Virus record (IMG/VR): IMGVR_UViG_3300046533_001163
Source: a virus
Lineage: Duplodnaviria > Heunggongvirae > Uroviricota > Caudoviricetes
Direction: 5' to 3' (one strand)
DNA length: 64,000 nt
Below the pieces are notes generated by a model. The model was not told where the DNA came from. It worked only from the letters and a program-made list of their open reading frames with translations, and did no database searches. Of this stretch, positions 17,312-27,647 are shown one piece after another. The first letter of the stretch is position 1; each line of letters opens with the position of its first letter. The position numbers and the translations under genes are program-made.

Positions 17312-17553
17312 AATCGGTCCTTTTGCTTGTGCTGTGCGCGGTTTCTTTCGATCTTATCACGTTGCCGACGTTTTTCAGATGGCTTGCAGTATCGTTCATA
17401 CTTATCAATTTGATCCTTCACGCCGCCTGTCTCTGAATAGAGAGTACGAAACATCTTCATCATCTTGTCCAAGTTACGCTTCTGTTCTTCATAAGAAGCG
17501 TTCGGACTTAACCGACTAGTAATTTTAATGTTAACCACACTCATAATTTTCAC
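17308..17553 (-). CDS. rpsU: Ribosomal protein bS21-like
   Basis: LDKMMKMFR......G....I...E.YCKPSEKRR, 81 aa, basic. Confidence 0.75.
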   Translation of the reverse strand: MKIMSVVNIKITSRLSPNASYEEQKRNLDKMMKMFRTLYSETGGVKDQIDKYERYCKPSEKRRQRDKIERNRAQHKQKDRL

Positions 17554-18689
17554 ACCTTTTCATTATTGACCTTAATAAAATTTAGACCAATCTTTCTGGT
17601 CTTTCTCTTGCGTACATTGTCGTACACTAATATATCGTCCGTCTCAACGGCAGACTTGAGATTATTTCGGTCAATAGTCGGAAGAAACTGCTTTAGCTTA
17701 ATCAGAACTTGTATTAGAGCATAATTCCAATCAATTTCAATAGCATTATTGAATAAAAATGCATATTTTTTCTGGATTCCTACGGCACATAAGTCATCTA
17801 ACTCATACTCTTTTGTACCAAAATACCTTTGGCGTATATCCGCACATAAATATGGAGCGCGAGCCATAATGGCAAACTTTGATAGACCTGAACAGATGTC
17901 TAGCACGCAACTGCTGGCGCGCATAGCCGAAAGCACAGATAAAGAGTTCGCCTCCGTCACATAAGCGCACTTGTCGGTAAAAATACTAGACACATCGTAT
18001 GCCGATGAACTAAGCCAAACTACTGGAAAAACTCCTTCGGCAATAAGAGAATTAATTAGTGTGTGCCAAAGATGAATGCTTACAGATGCGATTTCTTCAC
18101 GCCCATTACGCCATATCTTAATCTGCGGAGATGGACAAATAAAAACACTATAATTAAACTTAGATATCTTTTTAGCCAACTCCAAAGATGGTGAAGGAAT
18201 AGAAGGCAAAAAGTAATTAATTTCCTTATAATCATCAAAGAATTTTTGTGTAAGTCCATTATTGTAATAAATCGCAAACATAGATCCATTAATTACTTCG
18301 CCAGGAAAATATCGTAATAGATTAGACTCATACACAGAAAGTGATGAAGAGTTATTCTTAAACCCATCTGCCTTTTTGAAAATCTCAGAAGCTGAAACAG
18401 AATCGGTTAATTGCCAGTATTCATTCACGCCAGCATATGGAAATAAACTAGAATTCCCTGGGTGTGAACAAAGTATAACATACCTTGGCCTACGAATCTT
18501 CTTAATATAATTCTTTAGCAATAACGACGACAAAATAAAGGTCGCTTTGCAATCACCGAAAAAGAATATTACCAATATGTCGCTAAGATTCGTTGGTATC
18601 TGCGACTCTTCATATTTTACTCTAGTAAACCCGGTGCGCTCTGCTGCTCTAGAAAGAAACTCGGCTGGATTAAAAATTTCAGATGTCAT
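17550..18689 (-). CDS. GT-B, GT9 (heptosyltransferase)-like protein
   Basis: W..LI..L...G..PVV, ..SAMRASSCVLDICSGLSKFAIMARAP matches the GT9 C-terminal DSGxxHxAxAxxxP region. Confidence 0.5.
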   Translation of the reverse strand: MTSEIFNPAEFLSRAAERTGFTRVKYEESQIPTNLSDILVIFFFGDCKATFILSSLLLKNYIKKIRRPRYVILCSHPGNSSLFPYAGVNEYWQLTDSVSASEIFKKADGFKNNSSSLSVYESNLLRYFPGEVINGSMFAIYYNNGLTQKFFDDYKEINYFLPSIPSPSLELAKKISKFNYSVFICPSPQIKIWRNGREEIASVSIHLWHTLINSLIAEGVFPVVWLSSSAYDVSSIFTDKCAYVTEANSLSVLSAMRASSCVLDICSGLSKFAIMARAPYLCADIRQRYFGTKEYELDDLCAVGIQKKYAFLFNNAIEIDWNYALIQVLIKLKQFLPTIDRNNLKSAVETDDILVYDNVRKRKTRKIGLNFIKVNNEKV

Positions 18690-19804
18690 TTTGGAATTAA
18701 GAATTCATTTTGCTTGAGTAGAAACTTAATATAGTCCGGATTTTCTACTTGTCCTATAATCGGAGCAAAATTATTTTGTTCAATCTCTTGGAGCGCTTGA
18801 AGGACTAGCTCTATACATTTATCCTGTGCATAATAAGCATTCCAAAAATGCGAGATAATAATCTTACGCTTGTTATCTTTATCGGCCAAGAACATTCTAT
18901 AGCCTTCTTGTCCACTAGCCGTTTTAGACAGGACTTGCTGATCTGATTCTGTAATAATGTGTGGCGTGCCCGACATCGCAGCTATTCTATGCGATGCAGT
19001 AAAAAATTGCACAGTTGCCTTAACCTGACTAGTTAAGGCAAAAGTACATTCTATATCTTTAGACTCAGGTGTTTTAGTAAAATCAATTACATCGCCAGGA
19101 GGACACGGCAAGCTCGTTTCATCTCCGGTCCATATCACATTATAGCCTTTATCTTTTATAGATTTAATTAAATTTCCATAAAACTCAGGACTTAGGTTTC
19201 TACCATAACAAGCACGATTCCTACCGGTGACAATCACGCTATTTGACTTGATGTACTTTCTAATAGAATCCATCTTATCTTGAGAAGGTGTCGGAGGAAA
19301 AACTGTATCTAATTTAACATCGGGTATCTTCGGATATATTTCCGTAAGAGCAATCTTTCCTAGTTCATTAGCACCAATGACCGTTCCATGATAATCTAAT
19401 AAAACTTCTAAGCGTTTTAAGTTCTTGCTGTTGTGATGAAATGCACGAGTATATTCTTTTAAATATCCATGCTCTGGAAAAATCTCTATTATTTCATCTA
19501 CCAAATGTTTGTATAAATAAGAAGTTCCTGGCCAAGTCAAAACAGTAGAATATTTCCCAGCATAACGGTCCCGCATCAAAAAACTGATACAGGCTATTCC
19601 AGCGATTGTGTTAGATCCGAATTCGCCCATTAAACTAAATATTACACAATTACGCCTGCCTGGTTTAGGGCGATTATTACACTTTATAATCTTGAAATTC
19701 ATGCTGCCCAGCATTTTTTCTACTGGTGTGGGCAATCTTGAACCAACATTGTATATCTTGCCATCAACTATCGTATGTGGATATATTTTGGTCTGGAACA
19801 TCAC
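18686..19804 (-). CDS. GT-B, GT9-like protein
   Basis: PEFYGNLIKSIKDKGYNVIWTG, VIDFT, ASHRIAAMSGTPHI. Confidence 0.55.
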   Translation of the reverse strand: MMFQTKIYPHTIVDGKIYNVGSRLPTPVEKMLGSMNFKIIKCNNRPKPGRRNCVIFSLMGEFGSNTIAGIACISFLMRDRYAGKYSTVLTWPGTSYLYKHLVDEIIEIFPEHGYLKEYTRAFHHNSKNLKRLEVLLDYHGTVIGANELGKIALTEIYPKIPDVKLDTVFPPTPSQDKMDSIRKYIKSNSVIVTGRNRACYGRNLSPEFYGNLIKSIKDKGYNVIWTGDETSLPCPPGDVIDFTKTPESKDIECTFALTSQVKATVQFFTASHRIAAMSGTPHIITESDQQVLSKTASGQEGYRMFLADKDNKRKIIISHFWNAYYAQDKCIELVLQALQEIEQNNFAPIIGQVENPDYIKFLLKQNEFLIPK

Positions 19805-19835
19805 AAATTAACCTAGTAATTCGTCCACAGAACTT

Positions 19836-20261
19836 CTAGCCATCTAAACAGCAATCCTTTATTTCAACTACAAATAAACCCTTCGTTTGCTCAATTTCGG
19901 GAGGATCGTATCCATCCATTTTAGCACTGCCTTCTCGTAAATAATTTCCAATTTTATCTTTAAAGTTATTTTTGTTCGTTGTTCCGTATTGCCAGCCATT
20001 TCGGAACTTTACATTCTCATGGAGCCAATCATAAAAGTGGGCATCTGGAATATTAATATTGTCAACAAATGTTCCCGTATAATCCATTTTTTCTTTTACA
20101 CACTTTGCAATATGCTTGCCTGCTTGATCTATAAAATTTGTAGCATCTTCTTTCGATGCAAATGATGCTACAAAATCAATATATTCAATATATGAAAAGT
20201 CATCCGCCACAGGTGAGGGATAATAAGAACAATTCGGTCTAACTACAGCAAAACAACTCAT
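19836..20261 (-). CDS. Hypothetical protein
   Basis: 141 aa, packed. Confidence 0.55.
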   Translation of the reverse strand: MSCFAVVRPNCSYYPSPVADDFSYIEYIDFVASFASKEDATNFIDQAGKHIAKCVKEKMDYTGTFVDNINIPDAHFYDWLHENVKFRNGWQYGTTNKNNFKDKIGNYLREGSAKMDGYDPPEIEQTKGLFVVEIKDCCLDG

Positions 20262-20569
20262 TGAATCTTCTCCATTTCCTTAATCTGCTTGTACATGTTA
20301 TATCTTTTAAACCCATCGAAAGTAGTATTCCTACGAATATCGGAATACTTGTCACTCCAAACAATTCCATATCTTATCTGCGCAATCCCACTAGCCATGC
20401 ATCCATCATAATCATCTGGAATATAAACATAATCATCGCTAGCAAAAACATAACCTGCGTCTAAAACGATCTGCTTCTCCTCAAGAGATAAGGGGCGATT
20501 CATGTATTCATTAAATTCTTTAATCTCTTGTTCTGTAGGCATAACCTGCACATTACTCTCAATTTTCAT
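20258..20569 (-). CDS. Hypothetical protein
   Basis: 103 aa, packed. Confidence 0.55.
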   Translation of the reverse strand: MKIESNVQVMPTEQEIKEFNEYMNRPLSLEEKQIVLDAGYVFASDDYVYIPDDYDGCMASGIAQIRYGIVWSDKYSDIRRNTTFDGFKRYNMYKQIKEMEKIQ

Positions 20570-20975
20570 AAATCAAATTTTTTTCTTTTAAAAATGAAAC
20601 AATGCTAAAATGATTGTTATCTTCAAGTGCATTACTTGCCACCTTGCCATAAACATCCACCAAAATACCATCTTTTGATTTAGAATGCACAAACAAATTA
20701 GCACTGCTACAACTCTGAAGCACATCTGCCATAGCGTCACGGCCACCTTCTTTGACCTTTAAATATAACTTTACAAAGTACGACTTTCCATCAATCATAA
20801 CAGACAAATCGTTATCAGATAAAATATTAAGATTTTCCAGCGGGTATTCTTTGCCAACATCCAATGAAGACATAACTGTAGCTGTCGGCGTATGAAAGTA
20901 ATTCTTAATTCTCTCTCTTCCAAGCCATAACACTAATAAAAGCAACGCCGCTAATGCCATGAGTTCAATTTTCAT
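20559..20975 (-). CDS. Membrane-anchored hypothetical protein, possibly a degenerate SNase fold
   Basis: N-terminal TM; weak resemblance to thermonuclease strands without the DGDT/catalytic residues. Confidence 0.4.
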   Translation of the reverse strand: MKIELMALAALLLLVLWLGRERIKNYFHTPTATVMSSLDVGKEYPLENLNILSDNDLSVMIDGKSYFVKLYLKVKEGGRDAMADVLQSCSSANLFVHSKSKDGILVDVYGKVASNALEDNNHFSIVSFLKEKNLIYEN

Positions 20976-21502
20976 GCCTGCTTCTCCTCATGCTCATCAA
21001 TAGCCTGCTTAATCTGAAGCAAGTCTTCATACCAAAGACCGTACCGAGAAATTGACTTGGAGAATACAGAGATATCAAGTTGCGCAACTTCCCAGCATAC
21101 GCTTCCATCATCATTGTACTTAATGTTTGTAGAGTATTTTGTACAACCGCGTTCATCCTTTACTTTTACCTGCTTACCGTTCTCCTCTATTGTCTCGGGA
21201 AGATACTTCGGACTTATCCTTGATAAATTAAGATCTAAAAGTGCTTCGCGCTGAGCGTCATTGCATATATCAAGCCAGGCATCAGATGAAATAACAATCG
21301 CCATTTCATACTGTTCGCCAATCCATATCTTGGATAGCGGCGAAAACTTAGATACCTTACCCCAATTAAATTTATTTCTTATAAACGGCTTAGCATCACA
21401 AAAAGCCAGCGCAATCGTGGCCAACTCAAGATTTGGGTGATTCTTTAATTTAACTTCCTGAAGCTTAGCTGCTTCAACTGGACCGGCTTTCCAAATTAAC
21501 AT
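20972..21502 (-). CDS. Phage metallopeptidase-like protein lacking HExxH
   Basis: HPNL..A.IAL, GKVSK, IVIS..W......QREALLD, D..VF...I.RYGLW; DHELxH is replaced by DLNLSR. Confidence 0.55.
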   Translation of the reverse strand: MLIWKAGPVEAAKLQEVKLKNHPNLELATIALAFCDAKPFIRNKFNWGKVSKFSPLSKIWIGEQYEMAIVISSDAWLDICNDAQREALLDLNLSRISPKYLPETIEENGKQVKVKDERGCTKYSTNIKYNDDGSVCWEVAQLDISVFSKSISRYGLWYEDLLQIKQAIDEHEEKQA

Positions 21503-21563
21503 ATATCTCTCCTAATTGTTTTAGATAATATGTTATCGGTAGAATAAAGAAAGGAGTTTAACC

Positions 21564-22028
21564 CTAAACTCTATCGCCCATTAAATCATCACTCAAGAAA
21601 TCAATCTTGGCGCGCATTTCATCAAGGAGCTTTTTAACTTCGGCTGCACTTTCCTTAGTTAAATTAGAATTTAAGGCAAATATTCCATTAGTAGAGATGT
21701 GATGTAATCTTTCAAGTACCTCAACAGAAACCTTAAGATTATGCAACGCATCTAACTTTGGACCAAAAGAAAAATCGGGAGTCGCCTTATTATCGCCGTC
21801 ATTTCCAAGCGTATATGTATCAACTGGATTATCGGCCATTCCTTTAGGCTTAAAAGAAAGCCTATGAACCTTCTCTTCTGGACTATACTGATCTTTGTCA
21901 TAGTAATCAACAGACTGATTGCCGAAAGCATCATTGGCTCTCTGTGTGCCATTCATTAGCTCTGCCTCCTGCTCTTCTTTAGACAGTGCCGCAGAATAAG
22001 CCTCAATCAATTCTCTCATAGATTCCAT
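21564..22028 (-). CDS. Hypothetical late protein
   Basis: 154 aa; TAAATA then GGAGG SD upstream. Confidence 0.6.
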   Translation of the reverse strand: MESMRELIEAYSAALSKEEQEAELMNGTQRANDAFGNQSVDYYDKDQYSPEEKVHRLSFKPKGMADNPVDTYTLGNDGDNKATPDFSFGPKLDALHNLKVSVEVLERLHHISTNGIFALNSNLTKESAAEVKKLLDEMRAKIDFLSDDLMGDRV

Positions 22029-22083
22029 ATAGATTTTCCTCCATATTATTTATGCCGCCCACAACAAAAACCGATAAACTAAC

Positions 22084-24534
22084 ATGGAAGATTGTAAGCG
22101 ACTAGTACTTCTGTGCCAAGAAGCACTAAAAACAAAAGGCATAGACGACACAATACACAATAACCGCCTCAGGTGGGAACTCAAGGAATTACAGGTCAAA
22201 AATGACTGCGGATATTTCCTGAACATCCATGATAAAGGCGTTAAAAACCAACCTAACCATAAAAATGTATTAGTTCCCTATTTGCTTGATATCTGTAATG
22301 AATTTGATATTACCAAGCTTCCAGAATTCCTAATGGGAGAAATGCCAGATATTGACGTTGACTACCTCCCAGAAATACAACAATATCTCAAAAATGATTA
22401 TGTTCCCAAAGCGTTCGGAGCAGAATACGTTTGCAATATAGGAAGCCACAATACGCTTGGCGTAAAATCTGCGCTTATCGACACAGTAAGAATTTATAGC
22501 AAAGATAGAGACGAAATTCTTAAGATTACAACTAAACTCCAAGACAAGAATGACGAAGGCAAGCCTATTTCCTTTGAAGAAGCGATTAACTCTAATTCCG
22601 ACTTAAAGAAGTATTTGGCCGAAAATCCAGAAATTAAAGAAGCAGCGGGAAAGCTGGTCGGTAAAACTAGAAGCTTTGGGCAACATGCGGCTGGTGTTAT
22701 CATATCCAGCGTACCTTTAAAAACCCTAGTGCCACTTATTTCCGGCAAAGATGGGATGCAATGTAGCGCATGGGGCGAAGGACAGCATAGCCTAGATTTA
22801 AGTACAGTAGGATTAATTAAATTTGACTTTCTAGGAAGCGAATCCTTAAACAAAGTCATGCAATGCCTTAAGCTTATAAAAGAAAGACATGGTATTGAAA
22901 AAGTATGTGCGGCACCAGGTGGAGACAACTGGTCAGACATTTCTTATCTTAACGATCCAAAATGCCTAGAAATGGCTAGTAAAGGCGATCTCAAAACTAT
23001 TTTCCAGTTTGATTCCGACGTTGCGCGTAAAATGTGCAAAGATGGTGGCGTTGATAGATTTGAAGATTTGGTAGCCTATACGTCATTAAACCGCCCAGGA
23101 TGCTTGGAAATGGGTACAGATGTGGAATTCATCAAGCGCAAAAAGGGCGCTTCATATGAGGTCCACCCGCTTCTAGAGCCTATCCTAAGAGATACTTACG
23201 CGCTAATGTTATATCAGGAGCAACTCTTCCGTATTCTTAACGTGGTGGGCAAAATTCCAGAACATCAATGCATGGAGGTTCAAAAAGCAGTATCTAAGAA
23301 AAAAGTAGATAAGTTCGCAAAATATAAAGAAATGTTCGTAGAAAATGGCCAAAAAGTATTAAACCAATCAAAAGAAGAACTAGAAAAACTTTGGGCATTA
23401 ATTGAAGCGTTCGCCAAGTACTCCTTCAACCTCGCGCACGCCTGTAGCTATACCTATGTTTCTTCCAGAATGTTATGGTTAAAATGCCACTACCCACTTG
23501 AATGGTATGCGGCCTGTATGTCGTCTTTAAAAACAGCCGATTCTAAGCTACAAGAGTATCGTTACGATGGTGTTAAGCATGATATAGTTTTTAACCGTCT
23601 TGACATTAACAAATCCAAGAGTAATTTTGCTATCGCAGAAGACAACTCAATCTACTATGCTTTCTCTAAGATTAAGGGAATCGGTGATGATATTGCGGAT
23701 AGAATTACATCATTGCAACCCTATGCTGATTTAAAGGATTTTCTACATAAGTTCGGAGTTCTTTCTAATACACTAAAGCCGCTTATAGCACTAAGAATAT
23801 TCGGCGATGACACAGTTTCTCTATGGAAGGAATATGAAAGATTTAAAGATGGCATTGACCAGAAAATAGAAGATTTAAACACTAAGCACGCTGAAACAAT
23901 AAACAAGCACGCTTCGGAATTAATGTCTCTGCTTCCAGAACAATTGATGGATATCAATTCAATAAGTGAAATAGACAAATTAGAAAACATTATAGATGCT
24001 AAAATCTATAAGAAGTTATTAAAAATTAAAGAAAAAAACGGCAAAACGATTGAGACATTTAATAAGAAACTAGCCAAACTTGAGAATTATGAAGTTAAAA
24101 TTGAGCCTGAATACGAAAAGCTACTCCTAGACAAAGATGCAGCGGAAATCGCATTTTACGGATTTCCTTGGGACAGCCCATTATCCAAATACGTATCGGC
24201 AGAAGAACATCACTTTGACTGGATGGATGCTAACGGATTAGAAGTAGCGCCCATTAATGTAAGAATTACAAACATACAAGAAAAACAGGGAAAAGTTAAG
24301 TTTTATCAATTAACGGTTCAGGATATTTTAGGTGCGGAAAAGAAAGCAAACATATGGAACTCTGACTATAATATCTGGAAGGAATTGTTAGTAGTTGGTG
24401 CGCTAATAAGAATACAGTTAAAGGCTCCAAATGGCGGTTTTCCAACTTATACGATGACATCGGAACGATTTAAAAAATATGTACGTGGAGTTAACGATTT
24501 TAGAATAGTGAATTTAGCAGGAGAAGTAAAATGA
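22084..24534 (+). CDS. dnaE: DNA polymerase III alpha, C-terminal polypeptide (palm catalytic Asps, thumb, fingers, HhH, OB)
   Basis: MPDIDVDY, GQHAAGVII, LIKFDFLG, IFQFDS, SLNRPG, LYQEQL, YSFNLAHACSY, IKGIG; no PHP domain. Confidence 0.93.
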   Translation: MEDCKRLVLLCQEALKTKGIDDTIHNNRLRWELKELQVKNDCGYFLNIHDKGVKNQPNHKNVLVPYLLDICNEFDITKLPEFLMGEMPDIDVDYLPEIQQYLKNDYVPKAFGAEYVCNIGSHNTLGVKSALIDTVRIYSKDRDEILKITTKLQDKNDEGKPISFEEAINSNSDLKKYLAENPEIKEAAGKLVGKTRSFGQHAAGVIISSVPLKTLVPLISGKDGMQCSAWGEGQHSLDLSTVGLIKFDFLGSESLNKVMQCLKLIKERHGIEKVCAAPGGDNWSDISYLNDPKCLEMASKGDLKTIFQFDSDVARKMCKDGGVDRFEDLVAYTSLNRPGCLEMGTDVEFIKRKKGASYEVHPLLEPILRDTYALMLYQEQLFRILNVVGKIPEHQCMEVQKAVSKKKVDKFAKYKEMFVENGQKVLNQSKEELEKLWALIEAFAKYSFNLAHACSYTYVSSRMLWLKCHYPLEWYAACMSSLKTADSKLQEYRYDGVKHDIVFNRLDINKSKSNFAIAEDNSIYYAFSKIKGIGDDIADRITSLQPYADLKDFLHKFGVLSNTLKPLIALRIFGDDTVSLWKEYERFKDGIDQKIEDLNTKHAETINKHASELMSLLPEQLMDINSISEIDKLENIIDAKIYKKLLKIKEKNGKTIETFNKKLAKLENYEVKIEPEYEKLLLDKDAAEIAFYGFPWDSPLSKYVSAEEHHFDWMDANGLEVAPINVRITNIQEKQGKVKFYQLTVQDILGAEKKANIWNSDYNIWKELLVVGALIRIQLKAPNGGFPTYTMTSERFKKYVRGVNDFRIVNLAGEVK

Positions 24535-24893
24535 ATGTAATGTTATTTGTGTTAGGAACAATTGGAGCTTCGTTTATTCTAGTAGACAGCACTTTATTTG
24601 CTCCAATTAGAAGCAAGCTAGAAAAATATGAATACCTATATTCTATGGTTACTTGCTATCAATGCAACTCTTTCTGGCTCGGAATGCTATTTGGATTCTT
24701 TTTAATTTCCAGTAATTTGTTTAGCGTATTTGCTTGTGGTTGCGCTGCAAGTTTTCTTAGCATCTTTGCGGCAGCTTTTATCAATGTATTTGAATCGTTT
24801 ACTAGCAGAATGCAATCGCTTGGATCTCCCTTCCCGCAAAACGTTCCATGCGTTAACTGCGGCAAGAAACAAACAGAAGAAGCGTCTAAATAA
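24531..24893 (+). CDS. DUF1360-like membrane protein
   Basis: TM segments with CYQCNSFW (CxxCxxxW). Confidence 0.5.
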   Translation: MNVMLFVLGTIGASFILVDSTLFAPIRSKLEKYEYLYSMVTCYQCNSFWLGMLFGFFLISSNLFSVFACGCAASFLSIFAAAFINVFESFTSRMQSLGSPFPQNVPCVNCGKKQTEEASK

Positions 24894-24896
24894 CAT

Positions 24897-25577
24897 ATGA
24901 CGTGCAGAAAATACGTACGCGGATCATACCCCACTAAAGGGAAGTGTTCGCCTTGTGGCGTTTCATTGTGTAATTCTAAATTGCTACAATGCTGCGGTAA
25001 AATCTGTCCGCCTCCAGCGTGCCCGCAAATAGAAAATCAATATGGCATCGGCTGCTGCGCAATCATTGTAGATGGCGCAAGAACTATGAATTACTCTATA
25101 GAATCATCGTGTCCATGCCTAGATGGACTTACCGGCACATTTCAAGCTCTGGGGAATGGGGGTGAGGTAACATCTTGGGGAGAGGATGGCCATCACCTCG
25201 CTAGCCCTCAGTGCGACTGTCGGGAAGGCGGATGCCTAGGACTTCCAGATACATTCAATAAATCTACATTCAGCATGACGATCAGGTGCGACAGTGGTGG
25301 ATTTTCGCTACTGGCGCAAACTTTCGGCGGGAACAACCGAATGTGCGAAGGCGGCTCCTGGGTATGCCAAATGTCTGCAAATGCATCATGGGTGTGCTGC
25401 GATACATCCATGCCGTTACCACTAGAGCCAATAGGCATTGACGGACAAGCATGCGATAGTTTTTCTTACACCTTTGAGGGATTTATGATGAAGCCTGATT
25501 CTTTTTTTAATAGAAATACATGTGGCTGTCCATGTGCTCAAGGATCTTCTATATCCGTTACAGTTACAAATATATAA
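24897..25577 (+). CDS. Cys-rich late (probable virion) protein
   Basis: 24 Cys in 226 aa; TAAATA-acat-ATG. Confidence 0.7.
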   Translation: MTCRKYVRGSYPTKGKCSPCGVSLCNSKLLQCCGKICPPPACPQIENQYGIGCCAIIVDGARTMNYSIESSCPCLDGLTGTFQALGNGGEVTSWGEDGHHLASPQCDCREGGCLGLPDTFNKSTFSMTIRCDSGGFSLLAQTFGGNNRMCEGGSWVCQMSANASWVCCDTSMPLPLEPIGIDGQACDSFSYTFEGFMMKPDSFFNRNTCGCPCAQGSSISVTVTNI

Positions 25578-25580
25578 AAT

Positions 25581-26105
25581 ATGACAAGATGTAACACGCC
25601 AGGCAATCAAAAGTCCTGTTATGTAATAATAGGATTTACAAGTAACATCAAACTAGAGGCCGGAAGCCCAAATACATTTGACCTCCATTGCGTAAATCAA
25701 TTCTACTCAATCGGCGATCAAACAATAACTGAAAATGATATCATAAAAAAATATTACTGTAGTGATGGTAGTGACGGACATCTACCCTGCAATGTATCAT
25801 CGGAATGGGCGAATTGTAGCGTACAAGGTGTAACAGTATATCTCAATATCGGAGGACCATACTTAACGCCGCCGGTTGATGTGCATGATGGAGACAATAT
25901 AACAGTGATAGTCACCTTTCCCGGAGATGCACCAATAAACCCCCCCCTGTCCTTAGGAAGATTTCCTGACGGCATTGAGTGCGTACAGTCTATGCCTATG
26001 TTCGTCTTTAGCTACTATAAGCCTAGCCAAAACAAGATAGTTATAAACAGACAGGCATTAATTAGACAAATTAAAGCCGACCAAAAACGTAGAAATATCC
26101 GATAG
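25581..26105 (+). CDS. Cys-containing beta-rich late protein
   Basis: 174 aa; TATATA-aaat-ATG. Confidence 0.65.
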   Translation: MTRCNTPGNQKSCYVIIGFTSNIKLEAGSPNTFDLHCVNQFYSIGDQTITENDIIKKYYCSDGSDGHLPCNVSSEWANCSVQGVTVYLNIGGPYLTPPVDVHDGDNITVIVTFPGDAPINPPLSLGRFPDGIECVQSMPMFVFSYYKPSQNKIVINRQALIRQIKADQKRRNIR

Positions 26106-26168
26106 TCTTAAAATATACCTTTTCCACAATATATAATACGTACAGTAATTTAATAGGATAATCTAAAA

Positions 26169-27041
26169 ATGAGTCTAAAATCATTCGAAGAGTTTGTAAA
26201 AAATAAAGGTGGAGTTCCTTACGTGTTTTCGGAAAAGATTCCACCAAAGTCAATTTCTGCTGATTCAGAAGGCGATGAAGAAGGCATGGGATTGCTTGGA
26301 AGTCCTCAGATGATGGACAAAGAACAACCCCCACTAACGCGGGTTGAGAAAAAGGACATGGCCGATCCAGAGTATACGAAGAATGGCGAAAAACTAAAGA
26401 CTCAAAAAGAAGGCGTTGAACTAGTTGAGCATCGTGGCGAAAGCGATGATTTATCAATGTCAAGTATTGATGGCGGAAAATTTTCGCCATCAATTAGCGA
26501 AGTTGCTTCATATACGGCTAAGTTAATTAAGAAGCACCCTCATACAGCAGAGCACTTTGTTAGAAACCTAAAGAAGCACGGCAGTTTTGAGGGATTTATC
26601 GCTGAGGCCGTTGAGCACCCAGAAACATTCGCGTGTCTAGCAAATCACATCGGGCATGACGAACATGGTCCCCGCCATTCAAAAAAGATGGTCAAGGCCC
26701 TAATGGCGCATCACACTGCAAAACATGCTATTAAAGAAAGCGTTGATGGTCCTCGTGGTGGCGATTTCGGTGGCGGAATGCCTTCGGCTCCTCCAGCACC
26801 AATGGGAGTTGCGCCAATGCCAGTTAATTCAGATCCTACCGGGCTTTCACCAACGACCGGAATGAGTGGGATGGGTGGAAGCGGGAACCTGAGTACAAGC
26901 CAAGCGCCGCCGGCCGTTCAGATGCCTGCTCCATCCGAGTCAGCACACAAGGGCGAAGGGTACCACAACCTGGTATCAGAAATGAGCAAGGAGCCGGAAA
27001 TGCACGATGCGATGCGTGAATGTTGCGGCATGGGATACTAA
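26169..27041 (+). CDS. Probable internal head/core protein
   Basis: MSLKSFEEFV N-terminus, low-complexity P/G/M tail, several [ILV]-x-E sites. Confidence 0.5.
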   Translation: MSLKSFEEFVKNKGGVPYVFSEKIPPKSISADSEGDEEGMGLLGSPQMMDKEQPPLTRVEKKDMADPEYTKNGEKLKTQKEGVELVEHRGESDDLSMSSIDGGKFSPSISEVASYTAKLIKKHPHTAEHFVRNLKKHGSFEGFIAEAVEHPETFACLANHIGHDEHGPRHSKKMVKALMAHHTAKHAIKESVDGPRGGDFGGGMPSAPPAPMGVAPMPVNSDPTGLSPTTGMSGMGGSGNLSTSQAPPAVQMPAPSESAHKGEGYHNLVSEMSKEPEMHDAMRECCGMGY

Positions 27042-27055
27042 CTTAGTCATAAGTT

Positions 27056-27084
27056 AAAAAAAGCCGCTTTAAGCGGCTTTTTTT
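27056..27084. terminator. Bidirectional intrinsic terminator between convergent genes
   Basis: AAAAAAAGCCGCT-TTA-AGCGGCTTTTTTT. Confidence 0.85.
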
Positions 27085-27090
27085 ATTCGA

Positions 27091-27633
27091 TCAATCCCCA
27101 TTACCCTTTTTGTAAATTTTCTTGATCTGGGATAAATCTTCCTTAGACGGCTTGCTACCACGATACTTCTGATATAATGGCTGCGCCTTGCACTTATGCT
27201 TCCAAAACTTCTCAGTAGCAATCTGTATTTCACATATCATGCCACCAATTACAATATCTACATGCACAGTTCCATAATAGCCAAACTCATACTCATTAGG
27301 ACTATCATTATGGGCGACCTTCTTAACAATGAAATGCTTCTTGATATTATCAACAATTTTAGATATTTGATTTTTGGTATCTACAAGAATCGCGGCCCTT
27401 AATATGTCAAATACCTTAGATGGAGACTTATTCCTTTTCTTGGTTTTATTATTAAACGACTTCTCGCTTTTAATATCTATGACAATCTTATGTCCATCAG
27501 CAGAATGCTTGAGTAGCGTAGCAAATTTTGGCTTCAATTCTAAAGCCATTTTCTTTGCTTTATCATAAGTTTGAAAATCCTGCTTTTTAGCAATCGGCTG
27601 AGGATTTTTCTCTATCCATTCTTTAAAGTCCAT
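27091..27633 (-). CDS. RelA/SpoT-family small alarmone synthetase-like nucleotidyltransferase
   Basis: IKSEKSFNNKTKKR (Syn1), FDILRAAILV (Syn2), GYYGTVH (Syn3), EIQIAT (Syn4); 180 aa with no hydrolase domain. Confidence 0.75.
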   Translation of the reverse strand: MDFKEWIEKNPQPIAKKQDFQTYDKAKKMALELKPKFATLLKHSADGHKIVIDIKSEKSFNNKTKKRNKSPSKVFDILRAAILVDTKNQISKIVDNIKKHFIVKKVAHNDSPNEYEFGYYGTVHVDIVIGGMICEIQIATEKFWKHKCKAQPLYQKYRGSKPSKEDLSQIKKIYKKGNGD

Positions 27634-27647
27634 ACATTATTTATGAA

